Positions 1-10,039 of a stretch of 64,000 bases of DNA are shown here, in pieces. Position numbers and translations under genes: made by a program. Position 1 is the stretch's first letter. Every line of letters begins with the position of its first letter. This stretch comes from Candidatus Latescibacterota bacterium (GTDB taxonomy: Bacteria; Latescibacterota; UBA2968; UBA8231): assembly GCA_965261395.1 (NCBI GenBank), contig OZ253462.1:1376001-1440000 (forward strand). Reading direction: 5' to 3'. The notes under the pieces are model-generated. The model did not search any database, was not told the DNA's origin, and was given only the letters and a program-made list of their open reading frames with translations.

Positions 1-55
1 CATGTGGCTGATCATCGACTATTTTGGCGGCATGTCGAACAGGTTTACCATGTGA
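1..55 (+). CDS. 3' end of DUF6784/DUF6785-type membrane protein (partial, runs off window start)
   Basis: Frame from nt 2 reads MWLIIDYFGGMSNRFTM*, matching the C-terminus WLVIDYFTGMTGN of the paralog ending at 20809. Confidence 0.55.
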   Translation, partial: MWLIIDYFGGMSNRFTM

Positions 56-258
56 ATTTGGGCTCGGCGATGTGGCCAGCTACTCGGAAGGCGCAACCGA
101 CAATACCTATCTGGTGATCGGCGAGTCGAGCCGCCGCTCAAGTGGATGTGCTTATTTCGCCCGGCTATATTTGACGGGGCAAACGCCGCCCCACGCACAT
201 CGACCGGCTTCATGCCGGGTCCACCTTTATCGGGCTGTACAACTGAGAGGGAGCAAAG

Positions 259-1443
259 ATGAAGACTATCGACGAACGGGCAGAACGCGAACGCGGACAC
301 GTGCGCATCACCGGCCTCAAGGCCATGGAACTGAGGAATTCCACCGGCCAGAGCTTGGTGCGCGTGGAGACGGACTCCGGTTTGTTCGGGGTCGGCGAAG
401 CGGGGGTCGCCGGTCCGGCGTGCAGGGCGAACCTGAAATGGCTCGAACGCGTGCTTATTGGTGCCGATCCGCTCAATATCGACAAGCTCTATCACCAGAT
501 GATGGGGCTGCAGCATACCTATCAGGCACATGTGCCGACGATCAGCGGCGTCGATATCGCGCTGTGGGACCTGACGGGAAAGATCCTCAACCTCTCCGTC
601 TCCGAGATGCTGACCGGCCGCTTTCGCGAGCGCGTCGAGATTTATTACGGCGGATCACCGCCCAGCTGGACCGATCGCCCCGCCATCGACGACTGGGTGG
701 CCAAATTCCGCGCCCATCCCCACGGCTACCGCACGGTGAAATGCGGTTTTCCGTTGCCCGACAACGCGCTGCTCTCCCGGCCGTTCGCAGGGGCCGCGCC
801 GAGTCAATCGCTCAAGCAGAGCGACTTAAAGACCATCCGCGACGGTTTCGCGACGTTTCGCGACGCTCTGGGGTGGGATCTCGACTTCATCGTCCACTGT
901 CACAACGAGTGGGACGTGCCGACGGCGATCGGTATTTGCGAGGCGGTGGAAGAGGCGCGCCCCCTCTGGGTGGAGGATCCGCTGCAGGTCTTTTTCTCCG
1001 ACGGCTACAAGGCACTCAGGGCGGCATCGGGTGTGCGGATCTGCACCGGGGAGAAAATCGAAGGGTTCCGCGCGTTCTTCCCCTTTATCGCCGAGGGCGG
1101 CATCGACGTGTTGCACCCCGACCTGTGCTGGTGCGGCGGCATCAGCGGCGGCCGCAAGATCGCCGAGTTGGCCGACCACTACGGCCTGCCGGTGGCGCTG
1201 CACAACTGCGGCACGCTCGTGCACAACATGGCCAATGTGCATTTCGGCGCATGCGTGCGCAACTTCAGCATGAGCGAGACGCGGCTCTACGAACGCCAGT
1301 ATATCGCCGATATGGGCGGACTCGACGGTTACGATCTGGTCGACGGCAAGATGGCGGTGCCCGACGGGCCGGGCTTGGGCATCGAGTTGGTGCCCGAGGT
1401 GCTGCGCGCCGAGCTCAAGGAGGGAGAGCCTTTTTGGCAATGA
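259..1443 (+). CDS. mandelate racemase/muconate lactonizing enzyme family protein (acid-sugar dehydratase-like)
   Basis: VRVETDSGLFGVGE, ISGVDIALWDLTGK, WVEDP, CTGEK, HPD...GGI, PGLGIEL; RBS GGAG upstream. Confidence 0.9.
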   Translation: MKTIDERAERERGHVRITGLKAMELRNSTGQSLVRVETDSGLFGVGEAGVAGPACRANLKWLERVLIGADPLNIDKLYHQMMGLQHTYQAHVPTISGVDIALWDLTGKILNLSVSEMLTGRFRERVEIYYGGSPPSWTDRPAIDDWVAKFRAHPHGYRTVKCGFPLPDNALLSRPFAGAAPSQSLKQSDLKTIRDGFATFRDALGWDLDFIVHCHNEWDVPTAIGICEAVEEARPLWVEDPLQVFFSDGYKALRAASGVRICTGEKIEGFRAFFPFIAEGGIDVLHPDLCWCGGISGGRKIAELADHYGLPVALHNCGTLVHNMANVHFGACVRNFSMSETRLYERQYIADMGGLDGYDLVDGKMAVPDGPGLGIELVPEVLRAELKEGEPFWQ

Positions 1444-1477
1444 GATCCATTGCGAAGACTCTTAAAGAGGGGCTGAC

Positions 1478-2341
1478 ATGAGACTCGGTATTGTGGGTAT
1501 GTTGCCCGGCGACTTTCGCGCGTTTCGATCCGAGCAGATGGTGGCGATCCGAGACCTGGGCTTCACCGGGTTTGGCTTCCATCTCAACGGCGACGATGTC
1601 TTCGATATTAGCGAAAAAGATTGCGCTGCTTATCGCCGCCTTATCGCCGCTGAGGATCTCGATTTAGCGCAGTTTGCGATTACGTATGATGAGTGCCTCT
1701 TTCAGCCGGATCTGGCCGAGCGAGAGCGGGTGAGCGGCAAAATACAACGCGGCACGGAAATTGCCGCGCAACTGGAAGCACAGGCTTTTTTGCTACGACC
1801 CGGCAGCCTGAATCCTGCCGGTCCTTGGACACCGCATCGCGACAATCATCGGCCGGAACAGGTCGGACGGTTGGTCGAGACTCTGAGACCCCTGGCTGCG
1901 AAGGCGGAGCAGGAGGGCGTGGTGTTGGCGATGGAAACCCATGTCGTTTCTATCATGGATCCGCCGCCGAAATGCCGGGAGATCGTCGAGGCGGTGGGCT
2001 CAGAATATTTGCGTTTGATCCTAGACCCGGTTAATCACTTTCAGAGTTTGCAACAGGTCTATAATAGCAGCGAATTTGTCGAGCATATCTTCGACGAGTT
2101 AGGCCCTATCTCGCCTGTTGCGCATATCAAGGATTTGACGGTCTCCAATGGGCTGGTGCTGCATATTAGTCAAGTGCTGCCCGGCGAGGGAGACTTGGAT
2201 TTGGCCCTGGTGCTGCAACGCTTCGATGCGCTGTTCCCGGATGGATACGGGCTTATTGAGCATCTCGGTCTGGAGCAGATTCCGCAGGCTGCGGAGAATG
2301 TGCGTCGCATTGCCGCTGAGATTGGCGTTGAGCTTCGCTAG
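1478..2341 (+). CDS. sugar phosphate isomerase/epimerase (xylose isomerase-like TIM barrel)
   Basis: LAMETH, LDPVN, AHIKD, PGEGDLD, LIEH metal-binding pattern. Confidence 0.85.
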   Translation: MRLGIVGMLPGDFRAFRSEQMVAIRDLGFTGFGFHLNGDDVFDISEKDCAAYRRLIAAEDLDLAQFAITYDECLFQPDLAERERVSGKIQRGTEIAAQLEAQAFLLRPGSLNPAGPWTPHRDNHRPEQVGRLVETLRPLAAKAEQEGVVLAMETHVVSIMDPPPKCREIVEAVGSEYLRLILDPVNHFQSLQQVYNSSEFVEHIFDELGPISPVAHIKDLTVSNGLVLHISQVLPGEGDLDLALVLQRFDALFPDGYGLIEHLGLEQIPQAAENVRRIAAEIGVELR

Positions 2342-2487
2342 AAGTCATTTCATAAGTGCCTCATGGTAATAATGAGACAGGCGAACTAAAAAATGCTCGA
2401 TACATTATCTGCGCCGGCCCTTCCAGCGCGAACCCGACTTTGGCGCGCTTTGGCGCGACCAGCGTCAACTACGACTTCGCCAAGCTT

Positions 2488-3633
2488 TTAGCGCGGGCCG
2501 AGCCCCAGCCTGAACCTACCCCCAAGCCCCAGCACTTCCCTAACCCGCGCTGCCAAGAGCTCCTCGTCGCCGTCGGCCACTGTGGGCATCGACAAGTGGA
2601 GCTGGCCCGGGGCCGTTGAGAGCCAGACCGAGGGGTTGCCGTTGCGCAGGGACTCTTCTAGGTCGGCGGCGGTGCGGCCGAGGGCTTGTTCGTCCAAGGT
2701 CAGGGTCAGGGACGCGCCATCGACGGAGCTTTGCACGTGGGGCAGTTCGCCTAGGTGCTGACGCACGGTCTCGGCGCGGCGGGCGTCGCCTTGGTTGCGG
2801 GCGTCGTGGTCCATGGCCAGCCAGCGGCGCAGGGCCACGACCACGCCGACGACCTCTTGGCGGTCGATTTTGAGCGGGCGGCCAACCCCTTCTAGGCCGC
2901 GGGTTTCAAAGCAGGCAAAGCTGTGCAAGTGGGCCGCTTCGATTAAGTCGGCGCGGCCGCAGAGAATGCCCGAAGAATTGGGCGCGCCCACGTACTTGGC
3001 ACCATAGCCGACCAAGTCGGCTCCGGCCGCTATGTAGCGGGTCAAGCCGTCTAGGGGATAGACGCGGAAGGCCGCGTCCACCAAGATCGGGACATCGTGG
3101 GCGTGGGCGATGTCTATGGCCTCGGCCACGGGGACGATGGCGGCTGGATTGTCGATGGCCGGGTAGAGCACCGCGGCGGTTTGAGGGCCGATGGCTGCGG
3201 CGAGTTCGTCGGCTGTGGTGCCTTGCTCCGTGCCCGCCTCCACGAGGGTGACGCCGGGCAGGCGCACCACGCGGTCGTATTTGTAGCGCTGGGCCTTTTG
3301 GATGACCACTTGGTTGGGCATGCCGGTCGAATCGGGCAGGCGGGCCATTTTCTCGGGGTCTGCGCCGGTGACGCAGGCGGCCGTGCCGAGGACCAATGCG
3401 GCTGCACAGCCAGGGGTAATCAGCGCGGCCTCGGCCCCGAGCAGGTCGGCGACAATCCGCCCCGTGCTCGCCAAGAAGGCGTCCATGTCAACGTAGTAGC
3501 GGCCAGCTAGTTCCATGGCGGCAATGATATCCGGGTGGGGGGACGATCCCCCTAAGAGGGTGCGCGGGCCGAGGGCGTTGATCACGGGCGTCGCCCCCAT
3601 ATCCGCGTACAGTGCTCGGGCTTCCTTACTCAT
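2488..3633 (-). CDS. SelA-like/DgaE-family PLP-dependent enzyme
   Basis: VINALGPRTLLGGS, GCAAAL, LVDAA, GAKY (PLP Lys), GRPLKIDRQEVVG; ATG at 3633 overlaps sppA stop. Confidence 0.8.
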   Translation of the reverse strand: MSKEARALYADMGATPVINALGPRTLLGGSSPHPDIIAAMELAGRYYVDMDAFLASTGRIVADLLGAEAALITPGCAAALVLGTAACVTGADPEKMARLPDSTGMPNQVVIQKAQRYKYDRVVRLPGVTLVEAGTEQGTTADELAAAIGPQTAAVLYPAIDNPAAIVPVAEAIDIAHAHDVPILVDAAFRVYPLDGLTRYIAAGADLVGYGAKYVGAPNSSGILCGRADLIEAAHLHSFACFETRGLEGVGRPLKIDRQEVVGVVVALRRWLAMDHDARNQGDARRAETVRQHLGELPHVQSSVDGASLTLTLDEQALGRTAADLEESLRNGNPSVWLSTAPGQLHLSMPTVADGDEELLAARVREVLGLGGRFRLGLGPR

Positions 3634-5959
3634 AGGTGTTTTCTCCATACAGCCCCACCGGGCTAGGTATATGGTTGGCGGGAACCAGCAACAAGGGCAA
3701 ACCATTGTGCTGGAGGCGAAATTGCAGGTAGTCGAGTTCGGGGGTGGGCTGCGCGGCGAGGCCCAAAAGCCGCGGGCGAAAAAGCGCGGGCGAAAACAGC
3801 TTGGGCCGGGGCCGCTCCATCAGCTCGACGGTCTCGTCCGCCGACAGCCCGATCTTTTCCTTGGCGAGCGCGATGGCCACTTCGAGACCGCCGATCCGGT
3901 CGGCAAGGCCGAGCTGCACGGCGCGCTGGCCGCTCCAGACGCGGCCTTGGGCCATGACTTGGACCGAGTCTGGCGCGATGTGGCGACTGCTGGCGACCTT
4001 GGCGACAAAGTCCTCGTACAGCGAGCGGATGGTGCGCTCCATGCGCGCGCTTTCGTTCTCACTGAAGGTGCGGTCTGGCAAGCGCAGGCCGAGTAGGGGC
4101 AAGACCATGCCAAAAGGCAAGTCCGCGTGGCGACCCACCTGTACGCGGCTCGTGCTCAAGCTAAGTTTTTCCTTGAGCCCTTTGTTGTACGCCCAGCCGG
4201 CAATGACCCCAATCGAGCCGGTGATGGTGTTGGGCGCAGCGACGATCGCATCGCCGGGCAGCGAGATCATGTAGCCGCCCGAAGCCGCGACGTAGCCTTG
4301 AGAGACGATGACTGGCTTGTGCTCGCGGCATTGCAGCACGGCGTCGGCCACGAGGGCCGAGGGCAGGATGTCGCCGCCCGGAGAATCGACGCGCAGCACC
4401 ACGGCGTCCGCGGTCGCGCAGGCCGAGGCAATCTCGCCGACGAGTCGGCGCGCACCGATGCCGGTGTCCATGGCACAGACGCCGAGCGCATAGACGATGG
4501 CAATGCGCTTGCGCTGCCCCCAGCGCCGGTTGGCGGGCCGCGAGTACGAATTGGCCGCGACGACATTAAAGCCCTCGACCATGCGGTCGATTTCGTTCCA
4601 GCGTCCGAGGCGGTCCACTAGGCCGGCGTCGAGGGCTTCCTGCGGCAGGAAGAGGGCGGTCTCTTCCACGAGCTGGTCGAAGCGCTCGGGCGCAAGCGAG
4701 CGGTCGGCGCTGATGTCGCGGCGGGCGAGGGCGTACCAGTCGTCGAGTAGGGTCGTTAGCTGCTCGCGCTCGCCCGCGGACATGTCGCGGCGGACGTATG
4801 CTTCGTTCGCGGACTTGTACTGGAAAAGCCGCCACTCGTCAAAGCCGATCCCGAGCTTGTCCAACGCGTCCTTGAAGTACGTGTGCCCCGCCACATAGCC
4901 CTGCAAGCCGATCGCACCGGCCGGGTCGAGCACCAAGTGATCGGCCGCCGAGACCCAGTGATAGCCGGAGATGTCCACGCGGTCAATGTACACGACGACT
5001 CGCTTCCCTCCAGCGCTGATCTGGCGCAGCTTCTCCCGCAGTTCCCAGCCGAGTGCCGGGCTAATCCGCAGGCCCGACGCATTGATAGCGACTCCCTTGA
5101 TCGAGGGATCGCGGCGCGCGCGTTCCAGCAAGGCGATGAGGCTGAGCAGGCTCTGCGACTCGTCGAAGTACGCAAAGCGGCGGTGGCGAACCGGTCCGGA
5201 CAATTCTAGAGAGAGGAAGCGCGCCCGCGGCCGGAACAGGTTCCCCCGCTGTGCTCCGAGACGCGCCGCATACGTCTGCCAGGTGCGCCCACGCGCCTGC
5301 GCTTGGAAATCGACTGCGCCCAGCCCGATGCGCAAGCCAACGCGCAGGGCGCGGTCTGAGAAAAAGCGCCCTGTCAGCGCCAGCCCCTGCACTAGCTCGA
5401 CTACGGCCCCGGTGCTCCAGAAATCCGCTCCGCCAGCGTGCGCGTAATCCGCATACAAGGTTAGCCGCTCATCTCCCCAAGGACGCAGGGAGAGATCAAC
5501 GGCCCCTTCGCGGCCTGTGTTGGCAAAGGTCGAGGTCCAGGTGCCTCCCAGTGAAAGATGCGGGCCGGCCCGCCAAATCCCCCCGAGGACCACGTGCCGC
5601 ACGCTCCCCCACCCCATGCCCATCCCAAGGCTGAAGGCGCGGTCGCCGGTGCTGAGTCCAGCCCGGTACTCGCGGGCGCGGCGGCCGTTTACCATTCCAA
5701 ACCCCAAACGGGGCACGGCCGTAAAAAGTCCCCACGAATGGACGGAATTGCTGTCCGACCAAGCGACCCCCTGCTCCAAGCCCTCGACATAACTGAGCAG
5801 CGCGGGATTGGCGTATCCGTATAGCCCTATGTCCAACCCGCCAAAAGCGGCAAGGGCGAATTCCCCGCGCTCGGCGTAGGGGATAAACGGCGCTTGGGCC
5901 TTGGCTGCGCCGAAGGCGAGTAGGCAGCACAAGGCCGCGCCAAAGGGCCGGTTTGGCAT
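3626..5959 (-). CDS. sppA: signal peptide peptidase SppA (S49, two domains) with N-terminal beta-rich extension
   Basis: YKSANE, LRVDSPGG, AASGGY, TITGSIGV, QGRVWSG, GLADRIGG; N-terminal signal peptide. Confidence 0.9.
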   Translation of the reverse strand: MPNRPFGAALCCLLAFGAAKAQAPFIPYAERGEFALAAFGGLDIGLYGYANPALLSYVEGLEQGVAWSDSNSVHSWGLFTAVPRLGFGMVNGRRAREYRAGLSTGDRAFSLGMGMGWGSVRHVVLGGIWRAGPHLSLGGTWTSTFANTGREGAVDLSLRPWGDERLTLYADYAHAGGADFWSTGAVVELVQGLALTGRFFSDRALRVGLRIGLGAVDFQAQARGRTWQTYAARLGAQRGNLFRPRARFLSLELSGPVRHRRFAYFDESQSLLSLIALLERARRDPSIKGVAINASGLRISPALGWELREKLRQISAGGKRVVVYIDRVDISGYHWVSAADHLVLDPAGAIGLQGYVAGHTYFKDALDKLGIGFDEWRLFQYKSANEAYVRRDMSAGEREQLTTLLDDWYALARRDISADRSLAPERFDQLVEETALFLPQEALDAGLVDRLGRWNEIDRMVEGFNVVAANSYSRPANRRWGQRKRIAIVYALGVCAMDTGIGARRLVGEIASACATADAVVLRVDSPGGDILPSALVADAVLQCREHKPVIVSQGYVAASGGYMISLPGDAIVAAPNTITGSIGVIAGWAYNKGLKEKLSLSTSRVQVGRHADLPFGMVLPLLGLRLPDRTFSENESARMERTIRSLYEDFVAKVASSRHIAPDSVQVMAQGRVWSGQRAVQLGLADRIGGLEVAIALAKEKIGLSADETVELMERPRPKLFSPALFRPRLLGLAAQPTPELDYLQFRLQHNGLPLLLVPANHIPSPVGLYGENTYE

Positions 5960-5962
5960 CCG

Positions 5963-6586
5963 CTAATCTTCCTCGGCAAACAAGCGCAAATCCCCTTTGC
6001 CCTCGCGGAGTACCTCGGCTTGATCCCCCATCAACGACACCACGCTCGAAGCCTCGACGGGCAGCGGCCCGCACTCCAAGATCAAATCCACCTGCGGCCC
6101 CAGTTTTTCCTCCAAGGCCCACGGCTCGGTCAGCACTTCTTGATCGGCGTAGTTGGCGCTGGTGCTCAGGATGGGTTGGCCGAGGGCGCGGACCAAGGCC
6201 AGCGGTACCGGGTGATCGGGAATCCGCAGGCCGACGGTTTTCTGTTTGGTTTGCAGGATGCGCGGCGTCTGGCGGGTGGCTGGCAACACGAAGGTGTACG
6301 CCCCCGGCAGGCACTGCTTGAGGATGCGGTGGGCGTAGTTGGAGACGCGGGCGTAGTCGCTGATGTGGGTCAGGTCGGCGCAGACAAAGGACATGGGCTT
6401 CTTGCGGTCGCGGCCCTTGATGCGCTGCACGCGCTCAATCGCCTGCTTGTTGGTGATGTCGCAGCCGAGGCCGTAGATCGTATCGGTGGGATAGACAATG
6501 ACGCCCCCTTGTTGGAGTACTTCGGCTGCGCGCTGGATGTGGCGGCCTTTGAGGTGGTCGGGATGAACGGTCAGTACTTGGGCCAT
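5963..6586 (-). CDS. Sua5/YciO/YrdC family (threonylcarbamoyl-AMP synthase-like) protein
   Basis: YPTDTIYGLGC, KGR, LPGAYTF, GLRIPD, STSAN. Confidence 0.9.
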   Translation of the reverse strand: MAQVLTVHPDHLKGRHIQRAAEVLQQGGVIVYPTDTIYGLGCDITNKQAIERVQRIKGRDRKKPMSFVCADLTHISDYARVSNYAHRILKQCLPGAYTFVLPATRQTPRILQTKQKTVGLRIPDHPVPLALVRALGQPILSTSANYADQEVLTEPWALEEKLGPQVDLILECGPLPVEASSVVSLMGDQAEVLREGKGDLRLFAEED

Positions 6587-6587
6587 G

Positions 6588-7322
6588 CTAGCGCTCCTGG
6601 TCGATTTTGGCGACCCACGCATCGACGACGGCCGCGATCATGGCCTGGCCGTGCTCCGCGTTGGCCGTGTAGCTGTTTTTGGTTTCGTCTTGTTGGCAGT
6701 ACCAAGGCGGGTCGTCGCCGAGGCGGTCTTGCTCCACGAGTTCGGGACGCGCGGCGAGCAGGAAGGAGGTCTCGTTGTATCCGGCGTGATCGCCCCCGGC
6801 CGGGGGACTCGATTCCGGGAGGATCATGGGCTGCACTTCGATGTGCCCGCCCGAGGAGCTAGCCCGGTCGAGCGCGTCGCGGTCGCCCCACCAGCCGCGT
6901 GGGTGCCCCGCGGCGAGCACCTGCTCAAACGCCAGTTCGGCCGCGGCCTTGCTGAAGGCCAAGGCGAGGGGGCCGCCCATGCCTTGGTGCATGATGGTGA
7001 CGTAGGTCTTGCGGAAGCCCATCTCGATAAAGTTGCGCAGGATGCTCTTGGCCAAGCGGCCAAAGGCGTCGTAGTCTGGGTCAATGGTCCCGTCGGCTGG
7101 GCCGCCGAGGGCATAGCCGGTGGGACCGTAGTCAAACGACGGGGCAATGACGCAAGGGGTGCGGGCGGCCACGCGGTCGCAAATTTCCTCGACGATGAGG
7201 GTGTCGTGGCCGATGGCCATGTGCGGGCCGTGGGTCTCGATGCAACCGGCCGGCACTAGCAGGGGATGCCCTTGGGCCACCGCATCTGTAAGTTGGTAGG
7301 GACGCAGGTGCTTGAGATGCAT
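6588..7322 (-). CDS. creatininase family amidohydrolase
   Basis: [18 protein letters not shown]; ATG at 7322 with GGAG RBS. Confidence 0.8.
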   Translation of the reverse strand: MHLKHLRPYQLTDAVAQGHPLLVPAGCIETHGPHMAIGHDTLIVEEICDRVAARTPCVIAPSFDYGPTGYALGGPADGTIDPDYDAFGRLAKSILRNFIEMGFRKTYVTIMHQGMGGPLALAFSKAAAELAFEQVLAAGHPRGWWGDRDALDRASSSGGHIEVQPMILPESSPPAGGDHAGYNETSFLLAARPELVEQDRLGDDPPWYCQQDETKNSYTANAEHGQAMIAAVVDAWVAKIDQER

Positions 7323-7401
7323 GGAGAAGCTCCTTGTTGTGTCTGCGGAATTGGACATAATATAGGCCAAGAAGAGCACGTCAATCCAGGACATTGAGCA
7401 G

Positions 7402-9303
7402 ATGGCGCACACTGTTATTGGCACGGCTGGACACATCGACCACGGCAAAACCCTGTTGGTCAAGGCCCTGACCGGCATGGATACCGACCAGGCCCCGGAA
7501 GAGCGGGCGCGGGGGATTACCATTGAACTCGGCTTTGCCTTTTTGGGGGATCAGGCCACGATCATCGACGTGCCCGGGCACGAGCGCTTCGTCAAGACCA
7601 TGGTGGCCGGCGTCAGCACCATTGACTTGGCCATGCTGGTCATTGCCGCGGACGACGGCGTAATGCCGCAGTCGCGGGAGCATCTCGATGTGCTGCGGCT
7701 TTTGGAGGTCGAGCGCGGGGTGGTGGTGATCAACAAAGCCGACTTGGTGGAAGAGGAGTGGTTGGACTTGGTGGAGGAGGAGGTGCGGGAGTTCGCGCGC
7801 GGGACTTTTTTGGCCCAGGCCGAGATTTTTCGCGTCTCCGCGCTCAGCGGTGCGGGCATTGACCCGCTGCGGCAGCGGCTGTTGGCCATGGTCGAGGACA
7901 CTGCGACCAAGCGCACCGATGCGCCATTTCGCCTACCTGTAGATCGGGCCTTTGGGGTCAAGGGCTTTGGCCCCGTCTGTACGGGCACGGTGCAGGCCGG
8001 GATCTTGACTGAGGGCGACCGCGTCGAGATCGTGCTCGGGGGTCGGTTGGCGCGCGTGCGCCGCCTGCAACAGCACGGCGCGACAGTACAAGAGGTGCGG
8101 GCCGGCGACCGAGCCGCGATCAATTTGGCTGGCGTGGAGCAGGACCAAATCGCGCGCGGCCACTCGCTGGTCGCGCCTGGATTTTTCCGCTCCACGCAGA
8201 TGCTGGACGTCCAGGTGCAACTCCTCGCCTCCAGTCCGATGACCATGGCGTCGCGCACCCGCGTGCGCCTGCACTTGGGCACGCGGGAGATTATGGCGCG
8301 GGTCGTCCTCCCCGATGCCAAGCCCTTGACGCCCGGGCAGGAGGGTTTCGCACAGCTTCGCTTGGAGGCTCCCGTAGTTGCGGCGTGGGGCGATCGCTTT
8401 GTGCTGCGCCGGTACTCGCCCGCGCTCACCATTGGCGGAGGCCGCGTGCTCAACCCGAACCCGGCCAAGCATCGGCGCTTCGAGCCAGCGTTGCTCACGC
8501 ATTTGCAGGCGTTGGCCAGTGCCGATCTGCCCGAAGTCTTCGAGTGCTGGCTCCGCTACGCGGATGACCGACTCAAGAGCCAGCAGGCGCTGGCTGGCGA
8601 GATGGGCATCGGCGTGGAGCGGTTGGCGCGCTTGACGGACGCGCTCGTAGCCGCTGGCCGCGCCGAGCGCGTGGTGTCGGAGGGGCAAACGCACGTTTTG
8701 CATCTGGATGTGTGCGAGCAATGGGGCGCGGAGATCGAGGCTGCGCTTGCGCGCTTTCACCGCGCCCAGCCGCTCAAGTTGGGCTTGCCGCGCGAGGAGC
8801 TGCGCAATTTGAGTGCGCGCTACATCCAGCCCGAATTGTTCGACTGCGTGTTGCGCTACTTGGAGGAAGCGGGGCGGATCGCGCTGGACGGGGCCGTGGT
8901 GCGGGCCGCGTCGCACCGCATTTGCTTCACCCCGGAGCAAGAGGTGCTAAAGGCGGCTGTAGAGGCGCGGCTCAACATTGCGAATTTCGCTGACTTGCCT
9001 ACGATGGCCGATCTAACCCAAGCCCTCGACGCCCCGTTGCCGCAGGTAACGGACATGGTCCATGCGCTGCAAGCACTGGGAGTGGTGGTCGCATTGGAGG
9101 GGGGCTTGCTGATTCATTGCGAGGCTCTCGCCCGCGCGCGGACGCTACTGAGCAATTTTCTCGAGCGCGACGGCGAAATTGCGGTAGCCGAATTCCGCAC
9201 GATGATTGGCAGCAACCGCAAATGCGCTATGGCGCTTTTAGGCCACTTCGATGCTGAGGGACTGACGGCGCGGCAGGGGGATGTGCGGGTTTTGGTGGGA
9301 TGA
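7402..9303 (+). CDS. selB: selenocysteine-specific translation elongation factor
   Basis: [44 protein letters not shown]-terminal winged-helix region; 633 aa. Confidence 0.95.
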   Translation: MAHTVIGTAGHIDHGKTLLVKALTGMDTDQAPEERARGITIELGFAFLGDQATIIDVPGHERFVKTMVAGVSTIDLAMLVIAADDGVMPQSREHLDVLRLLEVERGVVVINKADLVEEEWLDLVEEEVREFARGTFLAQAEIFRVSALSGAGIDPLRQRLLAMVEDTATKRTDAPFRLPVDRAFGVKGFGPVCTGTVQAGILTEGDRVEIVLGGRLARVRRLQQHGATVQEVRAGDRAAINLAGVEQDQIARGHSLVAPGFFRSTQMLDVQVQLLASSPMTMASRTRVRLHLGTREIMARVVLPDAKPLTPGQEGFAQLRLEAPVVAAWGDRFVLRRYSPALTIGGGRVLNPNPAKHRRFEPALLTHLQALASADLPEVFECWLRYADDRLKSQQALAGEMGIGVERLARLTDALVAAGRAERVVSEGQTHVLHLDVCEQWGAEIEAALARFHRAQPLKLGLPREELRNLSARYIQPELFDCVLRYLEEAGRIALDGAVVRAASHRICFTPEQEVLKAAVEARLNIANFADLPTMADLTQALDAPLPQVTDMVHALQALGVVVALEGGLLIHCEALARARTLLSNFLERDGEIAVAEFRTMIGSNRKCAMALLGHFDAEGLTARQGDVRVLVG

Positions 9304-9408
9304 TCTTACGGCCCCGCGTTATGATGGAATCGTTATCGACAATTGCAGCTCAAGTCACGTTAGAGCTTACAATGCCACTGGAAACTAATTTGGAGGTCAA
9401 AAAAGAAG

Positions 9409-9873
9409 GTGACAGACTCGCTAGGTTATCGAGTGAGACCAGCAAGAACTGACGATGTACATTCGGTTGTGGGTTTAGCGAAACTTTGGGCCGAGGAAGG
9501 TTGTACAACCGGCTATGTGGCGTTAATGGAAGGCGACAAGCATCTCCAGTCTTGGCTTGACGGCGGCTATTTTTTTGTCGGCGAGCATGAAGATGTGGTC
9601 ATAGCGTACGCTGCGGGAGTCGTGAAAGTCGGGAAAAGTGCAATATTCAAACCCGAGGGCGAGCAATTTTTAGATGTTCACGAGGTCTTTGTCCATGTTG
9701 ACCACCGTGAAAAGGGAGTTGGAGATCGACTCATCGAGGCGTTGCTATCGAGATCAGAATCGGCAGGAATCAGCCGCTCCATGGTTGGTTCAAATAACAT
9801 AGACTGGTTGCGCACGTATCGATTTTATGAGCGGCATGGCTATAGGATGTTCTCGATTCAAATGTACAAGTAA
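9409..9873 (+). CDS. GNAT family N-acetyltransferase
   Basis: VFVHVDHREKGVG acetyl-CoA motif A, RFYERHGY. Confidence 0.85.
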   Translation: MTDSLGYRVRPARTDDVHSVVGLAKLWAEEGCTTGYVALMEGDKHLQSWLDGGYFFVGEHEDVVIAYAAGVVKVGKSAIFKPEGEQFLDVHEVFVHVDHREKGVGDRLIEALLSRSESAGISRSMVGSNNIDWLRTYRFYERHGYRMFSIQMYK

Positions 9874-9933
9874 TTGTGCCTAGGATATTTCGCTTTGACG
9901 ACGTTTTAGGCGGCTAATCTGCTAAGGTAGGTA

Positions 9934-10039
9934 TATGGCTTTGATGGAATGGTTGGCCGAACAGATTGAGGCGGCCCGGCCTAAGCCGAATCGCCCCAAG
10001 ACGTACAAGAAGCATCAAATTTCAACATGAGTCACTACC
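9934..10039 (+). mobile_element. probable right-end remnant of an IS1-like element
   Basis: Basic tail ...RPKPNRPKTYKK then TCAACATGAGTCACTACC (revcomp GGTAGTGACTCATGTTGA); the PPDK-like frame begins exactly after it. Confidence 0.4.

Noticed and set aside
2488-3633. Calling the gene selA
   Set aside because: Lacks the canonical SelA N-domain and HTNLGRA motif; fits the DgaE-like group
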